A stretch of 64,000 bases of DNA from Bryobacterales bacterium. Its GTDB lineage: Bacteria > Acidobacteriota > Terriglobia > Bryobacterales > UBA6623. Made by a program: the position numbers and the translations under genes. The notes under the pieces are model-generated. The model searched no databases. It was not told where the DNA came from and saw only the letters and a program-made list of their open reading frames with translations. This document shows, piece after piece, positions 1 to 8,906 of this stretch (positions are counted from its first letter, which is position 1; the number at the start of each line of letters is the position of its first letter). The stretch lies in the NCBI GenBank assembly GCA_963422305.1, contig OY729422.1, positions 4,185,289 to 4,249,288 on the forward strand, read 5' to 3'.

Positions 1-1388
1 CGACCGTGGCAGTGAGCGCGCGCAGTGGCGACGGCATCGACGAGGTGCGGAAGTTCATTGAAGGCTCGGTCGTTCCACCGGAACCCGTCCGGCTCCCGGT
101 TCTGCAAAATATTCCGGCTGCTCGAAAATGGGCGGGGAGAGTCGCGCAGCGGTCCGGATACGCAGCCCCGGCGCCTCCGCAATGGAGCCGCCGCCTCGAC
201 CGGGTCTTCTTGCATCCGTTTGCCGGACCGTTCATTTTTCTGGCCGTCGTCGCAGTCGTTTTTCAAAGCATATTTACGTTGGCCGTTCCTTTGATGGACG
301 GCGTCGACGCCGCTGTCGCAGCGAGCGGCGGGTGGCTGAGTGCCGTATTGCCCGAGACGATCTTCAAGGGGCTCCTGATCGACGGCGTTTGGGGCGGAGT
401 CGGGTCGGTAATCGTCTTCCTACCACAGATACTGATCTTGTTCCTGTTTATCGGAGTCCTCGAGGATTCGGGTTATCTGGCGCGGGCCGCCGTGATTGCC
501 GACCGTTCGATGCGGCTGGTCGGCTTGCAAGGCAAATCTTTCATACCGCTTCTCTCGGCTTACGCCTGCGCTGTCCCGGCAATCATGGCGGTGCGCACCA
601 TCGAAAACAAACGCGACCGTATGGCCACGCTGCTCGTCGCGCCGCTGATGACCTGCTCGGCCCGCTTGCCCGTGTATGCGTTGCTGATTGCGGCGTTCAT
701 CCCCGAGCGGCCTTTGCCGGGATCTCTGCTCGGAACCCGCGCCGCCGTGCTGCTGGGCTTGTACGCCGCGGGGTTTCTTGCCGCGGTCATGACCGCGTGG
801 CTGCTCAAATCGACGATCCTGCGCAGCACTTCGACGCCGTTCATGTTGGAGTTGCCTCCGTACCGGCTGCCGACTCTGCGCTCGCTCGCCTACCGCCTTC
901 TCGACCGTTCCAAGGTCTTTCTGCGCCGGGCCGGTACGATCATCCTGGCGACGACAATCGTTCTATGGGTGCTCGCAAGCCTGCCGCTTGATGACGGCGG
1001 GCCGCCTGAGATTGCCGATAGTTACGCGGGTTCGATCGGCAAGGCGATTGAGCCCCTGATCGAGCCGTTGGGATTCAACTGGAAAATCGGCATCGGCATC
1101 ATTACTTCCCTGGCCGCCCGTGAGGTGATTGTCGGCACTCTCGGCACCATCTACGGAATGGAAGCCGATGAGGACTCGGTCGATTTGCAAGCCGCGCTGC
1201 GCTCGGACCTTTCCTTCGGCGCCTCGATCGCTTTGATGATATTTTTCGCTTTTGCCCTGCAGTGCATGTCGACCGTCGCCATAGTTCGACGGGAGACCGG
1301 CGGCTGGAAGTGGCCTGTAATTCAGTTTCTCTACATGACGCTTTTGGCCTACATCGCATCCTGGATTTCCTATCGCTGGTTCGACTGA
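1..1388 (+). CDS. feoB: Ferrous iron transporter FeoB, C-terminal membrane portion (5' end outside window)
   Basis: ORF 6..1388 is open to the window edge. It encodes a polytopic membrane protein with FeoB-type segments (GVWGGVGSVIVFLPQILILF, LSAYACAVPAIMA, ITSLAAREVIVGTLG). TGA stop at 1386-1388. Confidence 0.85.
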   Translation, partial: TVAVSARSGDGIDEVRKFIEGSVVPPEPVRLPVLQNIPAARKWAGRVAQRSGYAAPAPPQWSRRLDRVFLHPFAGPFIFLAVVAVVFQSIFTLAVPLMDGVDAAVAASGGWLSAVLPETIFKGLLIDGVWGGVGSVIVFLPQILILFLFIGVLEDSGYLARAAVIADRSMRLVGLQGKSFIPLLSAYACAVPAIMAVRTIENKRDRMATLLVAPLMTCSARLPVYALLIAAFIPERPLPGSLLGTRAAVLLGLYAAGFLAAVMTAWLLKSTILRSTSTPFMLELPPYRLPTLRSLAYRLLDRSKVFLRRAGTIILATTIVLWVLASLPLDDGGPPEIADSYAGSIGKAIEPLIEPLGFNWKIGIGIITSLAAREVIVGTLGTIYGMEADEDSVDLQAALRSDLSFGASIALMIFFAFALQCMSTVAIVRRETGGWKWPVIQFLYMTLLAYIASWISYRWFD

Positions 1389-1394
1389 GCTTTT

Positions 1395-2768
1395 TTACTT
1401 TTCACCCTCCACTCTCCACCGGTAAGTGTCGTCGAGCGCCTTGGCGAAACCGTCGATCAACCGGTCGATTTCGTCTTCGGTAATGATCATCGGCGGCGAG
1501 AAAGCGATGGAGTCGCCGAGCGCCCGCAGGATCGAGCCGTGCTCGATCGCCCGCAAGAAGCAGTACATACCGACGCCCAAGGAAGCGTCGAAGCGTTTGC
1601 GGGTTTGCTTATCTTCGACGAGCTCCACGGCGGCTACCAGTCCGGTTCCTCGGATCTCGCCCACTAGCGGATGGCCGGCGAATCGTTGCCGCAGACCGTC
1701 CTGCAAACGCGGAGCAATCGCGCGCACATAGTCGACGATATTGCGTTCTTCGTAAATCTTCAGACACTCGAGCGCGACGGCGGCGCTCACCGGATGACCA
1801 CTGTACGTAAACCCATGAGCGAATGTCCCGATCTCGTCGCTGCCCCGCGCCAGCGCCGCGTACACCTTCTCATTGACCATGACCGCTGAGATCGGGGCAT
1901 ATGCGGCGGAAAGCTGCTTGGCGGTCATCATGATGTCCGGCGCTAGGCCGAATGTCTGACAGCCCCAGAGATTGCCCGTGCGTCCGAAGCCGCAAATCAC
2001 CTCGTCGACGATGAACAACATGTCGTGCTTGCGTACGACTTTTTGGATTTTCTCGAAATAGCCCGCCGGGGGCAGCAGCACGCCGCCTGCGCCCATGATC
2101 GGCTCAGCGATGAATGCCGCGACGGTATCCGCTCCTTCGTTGACGATCTGACTGTCTAGAGTCTCGGCCAGACGCGAAGAGAATGCCTCTTCCGACTCGC
2201 CCGGCAATCCGTCGTGGTAGAAATGCGGCCGCGCCGTATGAATGATGTTCTCGATCGGGAGGTCGAACTTCCGGTGGTTGCGCCGAATGCCCGTCAAGCT
2301 CGCCGCCGCAACGGTCGATCCGTGAAAGCCGTCTTCACGGGCGATGATTTTCTTCTTCCGCGTCCGTCCGAGCGAGTTGTTGTAGAACCGGACCATTTTG
2401 ACAACGGTGTCGGCCGCCTCGGAACCCGAGTTCGCGAAAAACACCTTCGACATGGGAACCGGCGCGATCTCCAGCAGCCTTGCGGCCAATTCGATCGCCG
2501 GCGAGGTGCTCCGTGAACCGAACAGGTGCATGAACGGCAGCGTCTTCATCTGCCGGTGCGCGGCTTCGATCAGTCTTTCTTCGCCGAAGCCGAGAGAGGC
2601 GCACCAGAGCCCCGACGCTCCTTCGATATAGCCTTTCCCGACCTCGTCGTAAACCCAAACGCCTTCGCCCGAAGCAATCACCAGAGGACCCTGCCGCTCG
2701 TGGTCGGCCGGGTTGGTAAAGGGATGAAAAACGCTTGCGATGTCGCGTTCGCGGATAGACTGCGGCAT
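1395..2768 (-). CDS. Class-III (omega) PLP-dependent aminotransferase
   Basis: 457-aa ORF with GEGVWVYD..GKGYIEGASGLWCASLGFG, FANSGSEA, FIVDEVICGFGRTGNLWG and a PLP-lysine region MTAKQLS. Convergent with feoB, with a 6-nt gap. Confidence 0.9.
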   Translation of the reverse strand: MPQSIRERDIASVFHPFTNPADHERQGPLVIASGEGVWVYDEVGKGYIEGASGLWCASLGFGEERLIEAAHRQMKTLPFMHLFGSRSTSPAIELAARLLEIAPVPMSKVFFANSGSEAADTVVKMVRFYNNSLGRTRKKKIIAREDGFHGSTVAAASLTGIRRNHRKFDLPIENIIHTARPHFYHDGLPGESEEAFSSRLAETLDSQIVNEGADTVAAFIAEPIMGAGGVLLPPAGYFEKIQKVVRKHDMLFIVDEVICGFGRTGNLWGCQTFGLAPDIMMTAKQLSAAYAPISAVMVNEKVYAALARGSDEIGTFAHGFTYSGHPVSAAVALECLKIYEERNIVDYVRAIAPRLQDGLRQRFAGHPLVGEIRGTGLVAAVELVEDKQTRKRFDASLGVGMYCFLRAIEHGSILRALGDSIAFSPPMIITEDEIDRLIDGFAKALDDTYRWRVEGEK

Positions 2769-2800
2769 TGTCGGAGTATAGCGATCTTGTTTATGCGCAG
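2571..2800. repeat. Copy A of a ~230-bp direct duplication (5' end plus short leader of the aminotransferase gene)
   Basis: Manual alignment with 3950..4179 shows long identical runs, e.g. gcaccagagccccgacgctccttcgatatagcctttcccgacctcgtcgtaaacccaaacgccttcgcccgaag. Overall roughly nine-tenths identical. Confidence 0.9.
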
Positions 2801-3218
2801 TTGGCGAGGGTTCCGTAGAGGAACATGCGGGGATTACCGTAGCGGGTGGCGTAGGCAGCGGTTCTCAGTCCGACAATCGTGTTCACGCCTGCTCCGACGG
2901 CAGCTTAGCGCAAAGATTTCATGCCTCGAATTGCGCTGTCGGCGAGAGTCCGCCATCCAAGAGATTCCGAGGTCTGTAATACCATGACAGGGAACTGTGC
3001 CGCCAGCGCTTGGCATTGCTTGCCTGCAATTGTATTGGTAATTACGATTCCGATGCCGGACTCGAAGGAAGCCGTGATCAAACCGGACTTGGAGTCATGC
3101 GTTCCCGCGTGAATCGACAGCCTAGGGTGTTGCGGGGCTGCGACGGGCTACCAGCAAACCGCCGATCGGCGAAGGGCAATAGAAGCCATGTCAAAAATCA
3201 TAGCAAACGATGAGTTGT

Positions 3219-3881
3219 TTAGCGGCTCCAATCGAAGCCGCGGGAAGTACCACGGTCCAGCGTGTAGTCGGGGAAAATCGGATAATCCTGCTTGAACCGG
3301 ACATTAAGAATCCTCGCTACGGCGGGCGGCCAGACATCCTCTCGCGGCTCCTGATCGGATTTAGGGTCGTAGGCCGTAACGTGCTCGAATCGGTACGGGC
3401 ACTCCCGCGGCAGGACATGCTTCCACTTATGTACTGCATCTTTTTGCGATCCGCCGCGGTCCGCTTCGTATTCGGCCAGCCTATGGACGACGAAGCGGCG
3501 TCCGCGTTTCCATGCTCCGGCGAACATCTCGGCGTACTGTCCCTTCAGTCCCGGGTTCTTGTCGATGATATCCGCCATCTCGCTGCGGAAATCCCACACT
3601 TCGGTCGCCCAATGCCGCAGCACCCTATCGCTGGAGTGATCCCAGTGCTCCATCTTCAATAGGTGTTCGATCACGCGGGCGCCATAGGCCGCCCAGTTAT
3701 TCTTTTGCGCTACTCCCAAGGATTTGATCTCCTCGAGGACGTTGTCCCAATCGACGATCTTGAAGTCGCGGCGCTTGAGCGCCTCGGTCTGCTGCATCGA
3801 CCAAGTGTAGAAGTCTCGATCGTAGAGGCTGCCCGGTTCGCGGGGTTGCTGTATTTCGGGGCCGACGGCAACGGTTCCCAT
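3219..3881 (-). CDS. DUF29 domain-containing protein with C-terminal extension
   Basis: ATG at 3881 (MGTVAVG...). The stretch LYDRDFYTWSMQQTEALKRRDF..VDWDNVLEEIKSLG..IEHLLKMEHW matches the DUF29 pattern. The longer ORF to 4064 runs into repeat copy B in a non-coding-looking frame. Confidence 0.75.
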   Translation of the reverse strand: MGTVAVGPEIQQPREPGSLYDRDFYTWSMQQTEALKRRDFKIVDWDNVLEEIKSLGVAQKNNWAAYGARVIEHLLKMEHWDHSSDRVLRHWATEVWDFRSEMADIIDKNPGLKGQYAEMFAGAWKRGRRFVVHRLAEYEADRGGSQKDAVHKWKHVLPRECPYRFEHVTAYDPKSDQEPREDVWPPAVARILNVRFKQDYPIFPDYTLDRGTSRGFDWSR

Positions 3882-3949
3882 AACGTTTCTCCAGCCGTTA
3901 TTAAAGCATCTTGCAGCTCTCGGCGCCGTCAGGACGCTGCTGTTGCGGT

Positions 3950-4179
3950 CAGTCGCTCTTCGCCGAAGCCGAGCGAAGCGCACCAGAGCCCCGACGCTCC
4001 TTCGATATAGCCTTTCCCGACCTCGTCGTAAACCCAAACGCCTTCGCCCGAAGTCAATGACCAAAGAGGCACTGCCGCTCGTGGTCGCCCGGGTTGGTGA
4101 AGGAATGAAAAACGCTTACGATTTCGCGTTCGCGGATAGACTGCGACATTGTCGGAGTATAGCGATCCTGCTTATGCAG
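3950..4179 (-). pseudogene. Copy B of the duplication: truncated, frameshifted 5' fragment of an aminotransferase gene
   Basis: ATG at 4149 reads MSQSIREREIVSVFHSFTNPGDHERQ, then the frame breaks through indels around 4044-4065. It resumes homology (GEGVWVYDEVGKGYIEGASGLWCASLGFGEER) in another frame and ends at about 3950. Confidence 0.8.
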
Positions 4180-4217
4180 CTTAAAAGAATATCTCGAAAC
4201 GGGCTAAAAGGAAAAAC

Positions 4218-4451
4218 CTATTTGCAATAAGTGGATTTTCGCGGGTATTCGTAGGTAGTCGCGGCTTCAACATGGGTGGAGTAGCCGTTGTTGTTGAGTT
4301 GACGGACGGACTGGGAGGCGGTACAGGTGCCGTCGATGCCCTCGCAGAAGCCGCTCAGCGTCAGCGGAGTTTCGGTGCGAACACGCGGGTTGCCCGCCGG
4401 CGCCGTGATCGAGGGTTCGGTCGAGCAGCAGGGATAGGGCGGCGGAGACAA
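4218..4451 (-). CDS. Hypothetical small Cys-containing protein (77 codons, TTG start)
   Basis: Third-codon positions are strongly G/C-rich, as in neighbouring real genes. There is no ATG start, no clear RBS and no recognisable family. Confidence 0.3.
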   Translation of the reverse strand: MSPPPYPCCSTEPSITAPAGNPRVRTETPLTLSGFCEGIDGTCTASQSVRQLNNNGYSTHVEAATTYEYPRKSTYCK

Positions 4452-4530
4452 GGCTTTGGCAGCGAGCCGCTAGGCGCGCTCCCCAACGGCAATCTCCTGG
4501 AATTCATCTTGATTTGTTGAAATTTGAATA

Positions 4531-4559
4531 TTGACAGCACAAAGTGGGGCTGGTAGCTT
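4531..4559 (+). promoter_or_regulatory. Candidate sigma70-type promoter for the TBDR operon
   Basis: TTGACA (4531-4536), a 17-nt spacer, then TAGCTT (4554-4559), in an AT-rich gap. GGAGAGG RBS at 4591-4597 ahead of ATG 4608. Confidence 0.4.
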
Positions 4560-4607
4560 ATACTCAGCATCTGAAATAACAGATGTTAATGGAGAGGTGG
4601 TTTTGCA

Positions 4608-7600
4608 ATGAACTATAAAGGGGTTTTGCCCGCGATCGTGCTGTTGCTTGCGGTCTGTCAGGCTTTCGGCCAGCAAAATACGGGAACCATCAGCGGAACG
4701 GTGAGCGACCAGCAAGGCGCCGTGATTCCCGGCGCGGCTGTCGAGGTTAAGAATGTCTCGACCAACTTTCTTTTCACTGCGTCGACGAGCGAGAACGGCC
4801 TTTATACCGCGCCGGGACTGGCCGTGGGCGAATACGAAATTTCCGCGGAGAGCGCAGGCTTCAAGCGCGCCGTGCGCAGCGGCGTGACGCTGCAGGTCAA
4901 CCAGATCGCCCGCGTCGATCTGCAACTGGAGATCGGCCAAGTGACCGAAGTCATCGAGGTTACCGGCGAAGCGCCGCTGGTCGATACCGGCGACGCCACG
5001 CTGGGCGAAGTGATCGAGCGCAAGCGGGTGAGCGACCTGCCGATCAACGGCCGCAGCGCTCTGGCGCTGACGCTGCTCACCTCCGGCGTCGTCTCCAATT
5101 CCGGGCCGACCAATTCCGGTTTCGGCGACCGCGGCATTCAGCTTTCATCGATCTCCATCAACGGCAGTCCGAATTCGATGAACGCGCAGATGCTCGACGG
5201 CAACAACAACATCCTCAGCTACGTCGGCGAGGTGGGCGTTCCTCCGGCCGTCGATGCGGTCGAGGAGTTCAAAGTGCAGAGCGGCACGATGTCATCAGAG
5301 TTCGGCTACACGGCCGGCGGCGCGATCAACCTGGTGACCCGCTCGGGCAACAACGAAATTCACGGCACGGCGTACGAGTTTCTGCGCAACGACGCGCTGG
5401 ACGCGCGCAACACGTTCTCGAGCAACAAGCTGCCGCTGCGCTACAACCAGTACGGCGGCTCGGTCGGCGGTCCGTTCGTCAAGAACCGCACGTTCGGCTT
5501 CTTCAACTGGGAGGAATACCGTCTGCGCCGCAGCAATCCGCGCATCCGCACCGTGCCCATAGCCGACTTCAAGCGTGGCGACTTCAGCATGCTGAAAACC
5601 GCTTCGGGGAAGCGGATCGGGCTTTTCGATCCGGCGACGACGCGGCCCAACCCCGATGGTGGCGGGCTGGTGCGCGATCCGTATCCCGACAATCAAGTGC
5701 CGCAAGCGCGGTTCGACCCGGCCGCGCAAAACGTGATCCCCTGGTATCCGGAGCCGAACAGGACGCCGAACAACGCCAATACGTTCAGCCAGAATTTCCA
5801 GGACGCGCAGGCCAGAAACGTCAACTGGTCGCAGTGGAACACGAAGGTGGATCACCGTTTCGGAAACAAGAATTCGATCTTTTTCCGCTACACGCAGGCG
5901 CGGCATCAGCCATCGGGCAACGACGTGTTCACCGACCCGAACGTCGGCCGCTACCGCAACGACGACCAGACCAACCGCAACGCGGTCATTTCGGACACGC
6001 ATACCTTCTCGCCGACCTTGATCAACAACTTCCGTATAGGCATCAGCCGCCAGTTGTTCACCTTCGAGACGGTCGGCGCGTTCCTCAACTACGCCCAGAA
6101 GATGGGACTGCCTGACACCGTGCCCCCGGATCAGGTACCTCAAATCAACGTCAGCCCCTACCCGACCATCGGCGGCGGGGCGCTGGGCAAGCGCAGCTCG
6201 TTGAACTGGGACATCCAGAACATGGTGACCAAGATCAGCGGCAACCACACCCTGAAGTTCGGGATTAACGCGCGCGACCTCTACGGCGGCAACCGCCAGG
6301 GCGGTGCGCTGTCGGGGTCGTTCCAATTCTCTGGCCTCACATCGAATCCCCAGTCGCCGGCGGGCACGAGTTGGAGATTGGCGCAATTTCTCACGGGAGA
6401 TGTCAGCAGCGCGAGCATAGACCGCATTCTGGGCAACTCCTGGCACGGCTTCAACTGGAGCTTCTTCGTTCAGGACGATTGGAAGATCACCTCTCGGCTG
6501 ACGGTGAACCTCGGGCTGCGCTACGACTTTCAACAGAAGCCCTACGAGCGCTACAACGGCCAGATCAATTTCGACCCCGACTGCACGCTGCCCGATACGG
6601 GCCTGCGCGGCTGCACCGTCTATGCCGGCGTGGACGGCCAACCGCGCAGCTTTATGGATGAGGATTACAATGACTTCGCGCCGCGCATCGGCTTCGCCTA
6701 CGACTTCATGGGCAACGGCAAGACCGTGTTCCGCGGCGGCTACGGCATCTACTACCCCTCGGTCTTTTTCCGCCATTGGAACGGAGACATAAACCTCTTT
6801 TCCCGGACGCGGACGAACTACAGGACAACCACGCCGGGAGAGGCCGCCTTCAGGTTCTCGGACGGCTTCCCTTTCCCGTACAGCGAATCCCCCGGCGCTT
6901 CCGCGGGACCCGCGGGCAGATTGGGGCAGAGCGTCAGCTTGCGCGAAACCGACCGGACGACTCCGCTTACTCAGCAATGGAACGCCTCGATCCAGCACCA
7001 GACCGGAGACTGGTTGTTCGACGTCACCTACGCCGGGAACAAGGGCAACCACTTTGCCGCGGGCGGCTACAACCTCAACCAGGTCGATCCGGCCGTGCGG
7101 GCACAATACGGGCTGGCGCTGCGCGACCGCATGCCGAACCCCAACGCGGGCCTCGTACCCGGCGGGCTGGGCGGCCGGACCATTGAGCGCGAACGGTTGT
7201 TGATGGCCTTCCCTCATTATTCCTCGGTCAGCATCCTCAATCCGCGGCTGGGCAATTACCTTTCCCACCAATTGCAGTTCAATGTCAAGCGTCAGTTGAA
7301 AGACGGTCTACTGGTCCACCTGGCCTTCACCGGAGGCAAGAAAATGGGCGATTCGACTCAGGTTCCGGTGAACTGGAACACCGAACAGAACGACAGGAAC
7401 GGTTACCAGAACGGGTTGTACGACAGGCAGGCGCAGCGCTCGATCGACCCTGGCGACATCGCCCGCCGCGCCGTGCTCAGCCTGCTCTACGAGCTGCCTT
7501 TCCGCAGCCAATCGGCCGCCTTGAACAAGATCATCGGCGGCTGGCAGATCAATTCCATCGGGTTGATGCAGACCGGTTTTCCGCTGACTATCACCGGCGC

Positions 7601-7988
7601 GAACAATTTTCAGGCGGACCGCCCCAACTCCACGGGCGACAGCGCCCGCCTGGACAATCCGACGCGGGAGAGATGGTTCGACACCCGCGCCTTCGTCAAC
7701 CCGTCCAACTTCACTTTCGGCAACGTCGGCCGCGTCCTGCCCGACGTGCGCACGCCGGGAACGTTCAACTTCGATCTGTCGTTGATAAAGAATACTTACG
7801 TTAGCGAGAGGGTGAATGTCCAACTGCGCATCGAGGCGTTCAATTTCCTGAATTCGGTCAATTTGAGGGGGCCGAATACGGCTTTTTCACCGGGCGCGGA
7901 CGGATACAACGCCAGCGGGCGTTTCGGCACGATTACCGGAGCGCGTGACGCGCGCAGGCTGCAGTTCGGCTTGAAGGTGATTTTCTAA
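4608..7988 (+). CDS. TonB-dependent receptor with N-terminal carboxypeptidase-regulatory-like domain
   Basis: Signal peptide followed by GTISGTVSDQQGAVIPGAAVEVKNVSTN...YTAPGLAVGEYEISAESAGF. Plug-like LPINGR region and a long beta-barrel ending RRLQFGLKVIF. Confidence 0.9.
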   Translation: MNYKGVLPAIVLLLAVCQAFGQQNTGTISGTVSDQQGAVIPGAAVEVKNVSTNFLFTASTSENGLYTAPGLAVGEYEISAESAGFKRAVRSGVTLQVNQIARVDLQLEIGQVTEVIEVTGEAPLVDTGDATLGEVIERKRVSDLPINGRSALALTLLTSGVVSNSGPTNSGFGDRGIQLSSISINGSPNSMNAQMLDGNNNILSYVGEVGVPPAVDAVEEFKVQSGTMSSEFGYTAGGAINLVTRSGNNEIHGTAYEFLRNDALDARNTFSSNKLPLRYNQYGGSVGGPFVKNRTFGFFNWEEYRLRRSNPRIRTVPIADFKRGDFSMLKTASGKRIGLFDPATTRPNPDGGGLVRDPYPDNQVPQARFDPAAQNVIPWYPEPNRTPNNANTFSQNFQDAQARNVNWSQWNTKVDHRFGNKNSIFFRYTQARHQPSGNDVFTDPNVGRYRNDDQTNRNAVISDTHTFSPTLINNFRIGISRQLFTFETVGAFLNYAQKMGLPDTVPPDQVPQINVSPYPTIGGGALGKRSSLNWDIQNMVTKISGNHTLKFGINARDLYGGNRQGGALSGSFQFSGLTSNPQSPAGTSWRLAQFLTGDVSSASIDRILGNSWHGFNWSFFVQDDWKITSRLTVNLGLRYDFQQKPYERYNGQINFDPDCTLPDTGLRGCTVYAGVDGQPRSFMDEDYNDFAPRIGFAYDFMGNGKTVFRGGYGIYYPSVFFRHWNGDINLFSRTRTNYRTTTPGEAAFRFSDGFPFPYSESPGASAGPAGRLGQSVSLRETDRTTPLTQQWNASIQHQTGDWLFDVTYAGNKGNHFAAGGYNLNQVDPAVRAQYGLALRDRMPNPNAGLVPGGLGGRTIERERLLMAFPHYSSVSILNPRLGNYLSHQLQFNVKRQLKDGLLVHLAFTGGKKMGDSTQVPVNWNTEQNDRNGYQNGLYDRQAQRSIDPGDIARRAVLSLLYELPFRSQSAALNKIIGGWQINSIGLMQTGFPLTITGANNFQADRPNSTGDSARLDNPTRERWFDTRAFVNPSNFTFGNVGRVLPDVRTPGTFNFDLSLIKNTYVSERVNVQLRIEAFNFLNSVNLRGPNTAFSPGADGYNASGRFGTITGARDARRLQFGLKVIF

Positions 7989-8001
7989 TGGAGAGTGGAT
8001 A

Positions 8002-8892
8002 GTGGATAGCAAGACCGGATTGACAGTCTGTCGCGCTTGGGGGGCGGCGCTCGTTTGCGCGGCCGTTCTCCAGGCGGGGGCGCCCTACCGCTCGGAGGGG
8101 TTTCTCGAAATCCCTCAGAGCATCGAGCTCGGGGCCGTGTCGGCGGTAGCCTTGGGGGCGGACGGTCAAGTCTACGTCCTGCACCGTGGCGAGCCGCCAC
8201 TGCTGGCGTTCGACAAGGGCGGCAAGTACAGTCGCGGCTGGGGTCAAGGCAAGTTTGCGGTCGCGCACGGCCTGCGGGTCGATGCGGACGGCAACATCTG
8301 GGCCACCGACAACAAGCTGCACCTGCTGTATAAATTTTCGCCCGAAGGCGAGCTGCTGCAGACGCTCGGCGAGAAGGGCGTTGCCGGCGTCGGCGCCGCG
8401 CATTTCCGCTCGCCGGATGATCTGGCTTTCGCAGCCAACGGCGACATGTATGTCGCCGATGCCGGCAACGGGCGCATCGCACGGCTGTCGGCCGACGGCA
8501 AATTTCTCGGCCAATGGGGCCGCAAGGGTAAGGACGAGGGGGAATTCGCCGCAGCCCACGGCATCGCCGCCGACGCGCGCGGCCGCATCTATGTAGCCGA
8601 CCGCGGCAACAACCGTGTGCAGGTCTTCTCGAATGAAGGGGAGTTGCTGGCGGTCTGGAGCGGATTCGGCAACCCGTTCGGGTTGATCGTTGCAGGCGAT
8701 GAGTTGATCGTGAGCGACGGCGACGCACACACGATCAGTCACTTGCGGTTGAAGGACGGCAAGATGACCGCGCAGTGGGGCGCGCCCGAAACCTTGCAGC
8801 TTCCGCATCTGATGGATCATGACGGGCGCGGGCGGCTCTATGTGACGGAAGTTACGGGCAAGCGCGTCCAGATCTTTCGCCGCGTGGAGTAG
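8002..8892 (+). CDS. NHL-repeat six-bladed beta-propeller protein, secreted
   Basis: GTG start and signal peptide. Repeated NHL units are present (GNIWATDNKLHLLYKFSPEGELL, GDMYVADAGNGRIARLSADGKFL, GRIYVADRGNNRVQVFSNEGELL, GRLYVTEVTGKRVQIF). Confidence 0.85.
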   Translation: MDSKTGLTVCRAWGAALVCAAVLQAGAPYRSEGFLEIPQSIELGAVSAVALGADGQVYVLHRGEPPLLAFDKGGKYSRGWGQGKFAVAHGLRVDADGNIWATDNKLHLLYKFSPEGELLQTLGEKGVAGVGAAHFRSPDDLAFAANGDMYVADAGNGRIARLSADGKFLGQWGRKGKDEGEFAAAHGIAADARGRIYVADRGNNRVQVFSNEGELLAVWSGFGNPFGLIVAGDELIVSDGDAHTISHLRLKDGKMTAQWGAPETLQLPHLMDHDGRGRLYVTEVTGKRVQIFRRVE

Positions 8893-8906
8893 TTGTTCAA
8901 AATAAA

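Noticed and set aside
2801-3218. Short ORFs 2834..3016(-), 2921..3112(+), 3010..3213(+), and a start-less minus-strand frame reading ..HAGTHDSKSGLITASFESGIGIVITNTIAGKQCQALAAQFPV..
   Set aside because: The listed ORFs have no motif, start context or codon-bias support. The start-less frame looks faintly protein-like and may be a gene fragment, but I could not assign it to a family or find a start codon.
5295-7271. 658-aa minus-strand ORF inside the first TBDR gene
   Set aside because: It is antisense to a gene with clear family motifs. Its Arg/Ala/Gly-rich, low-complexity translation is typical of shadow ORFs in high-G+C DNA.
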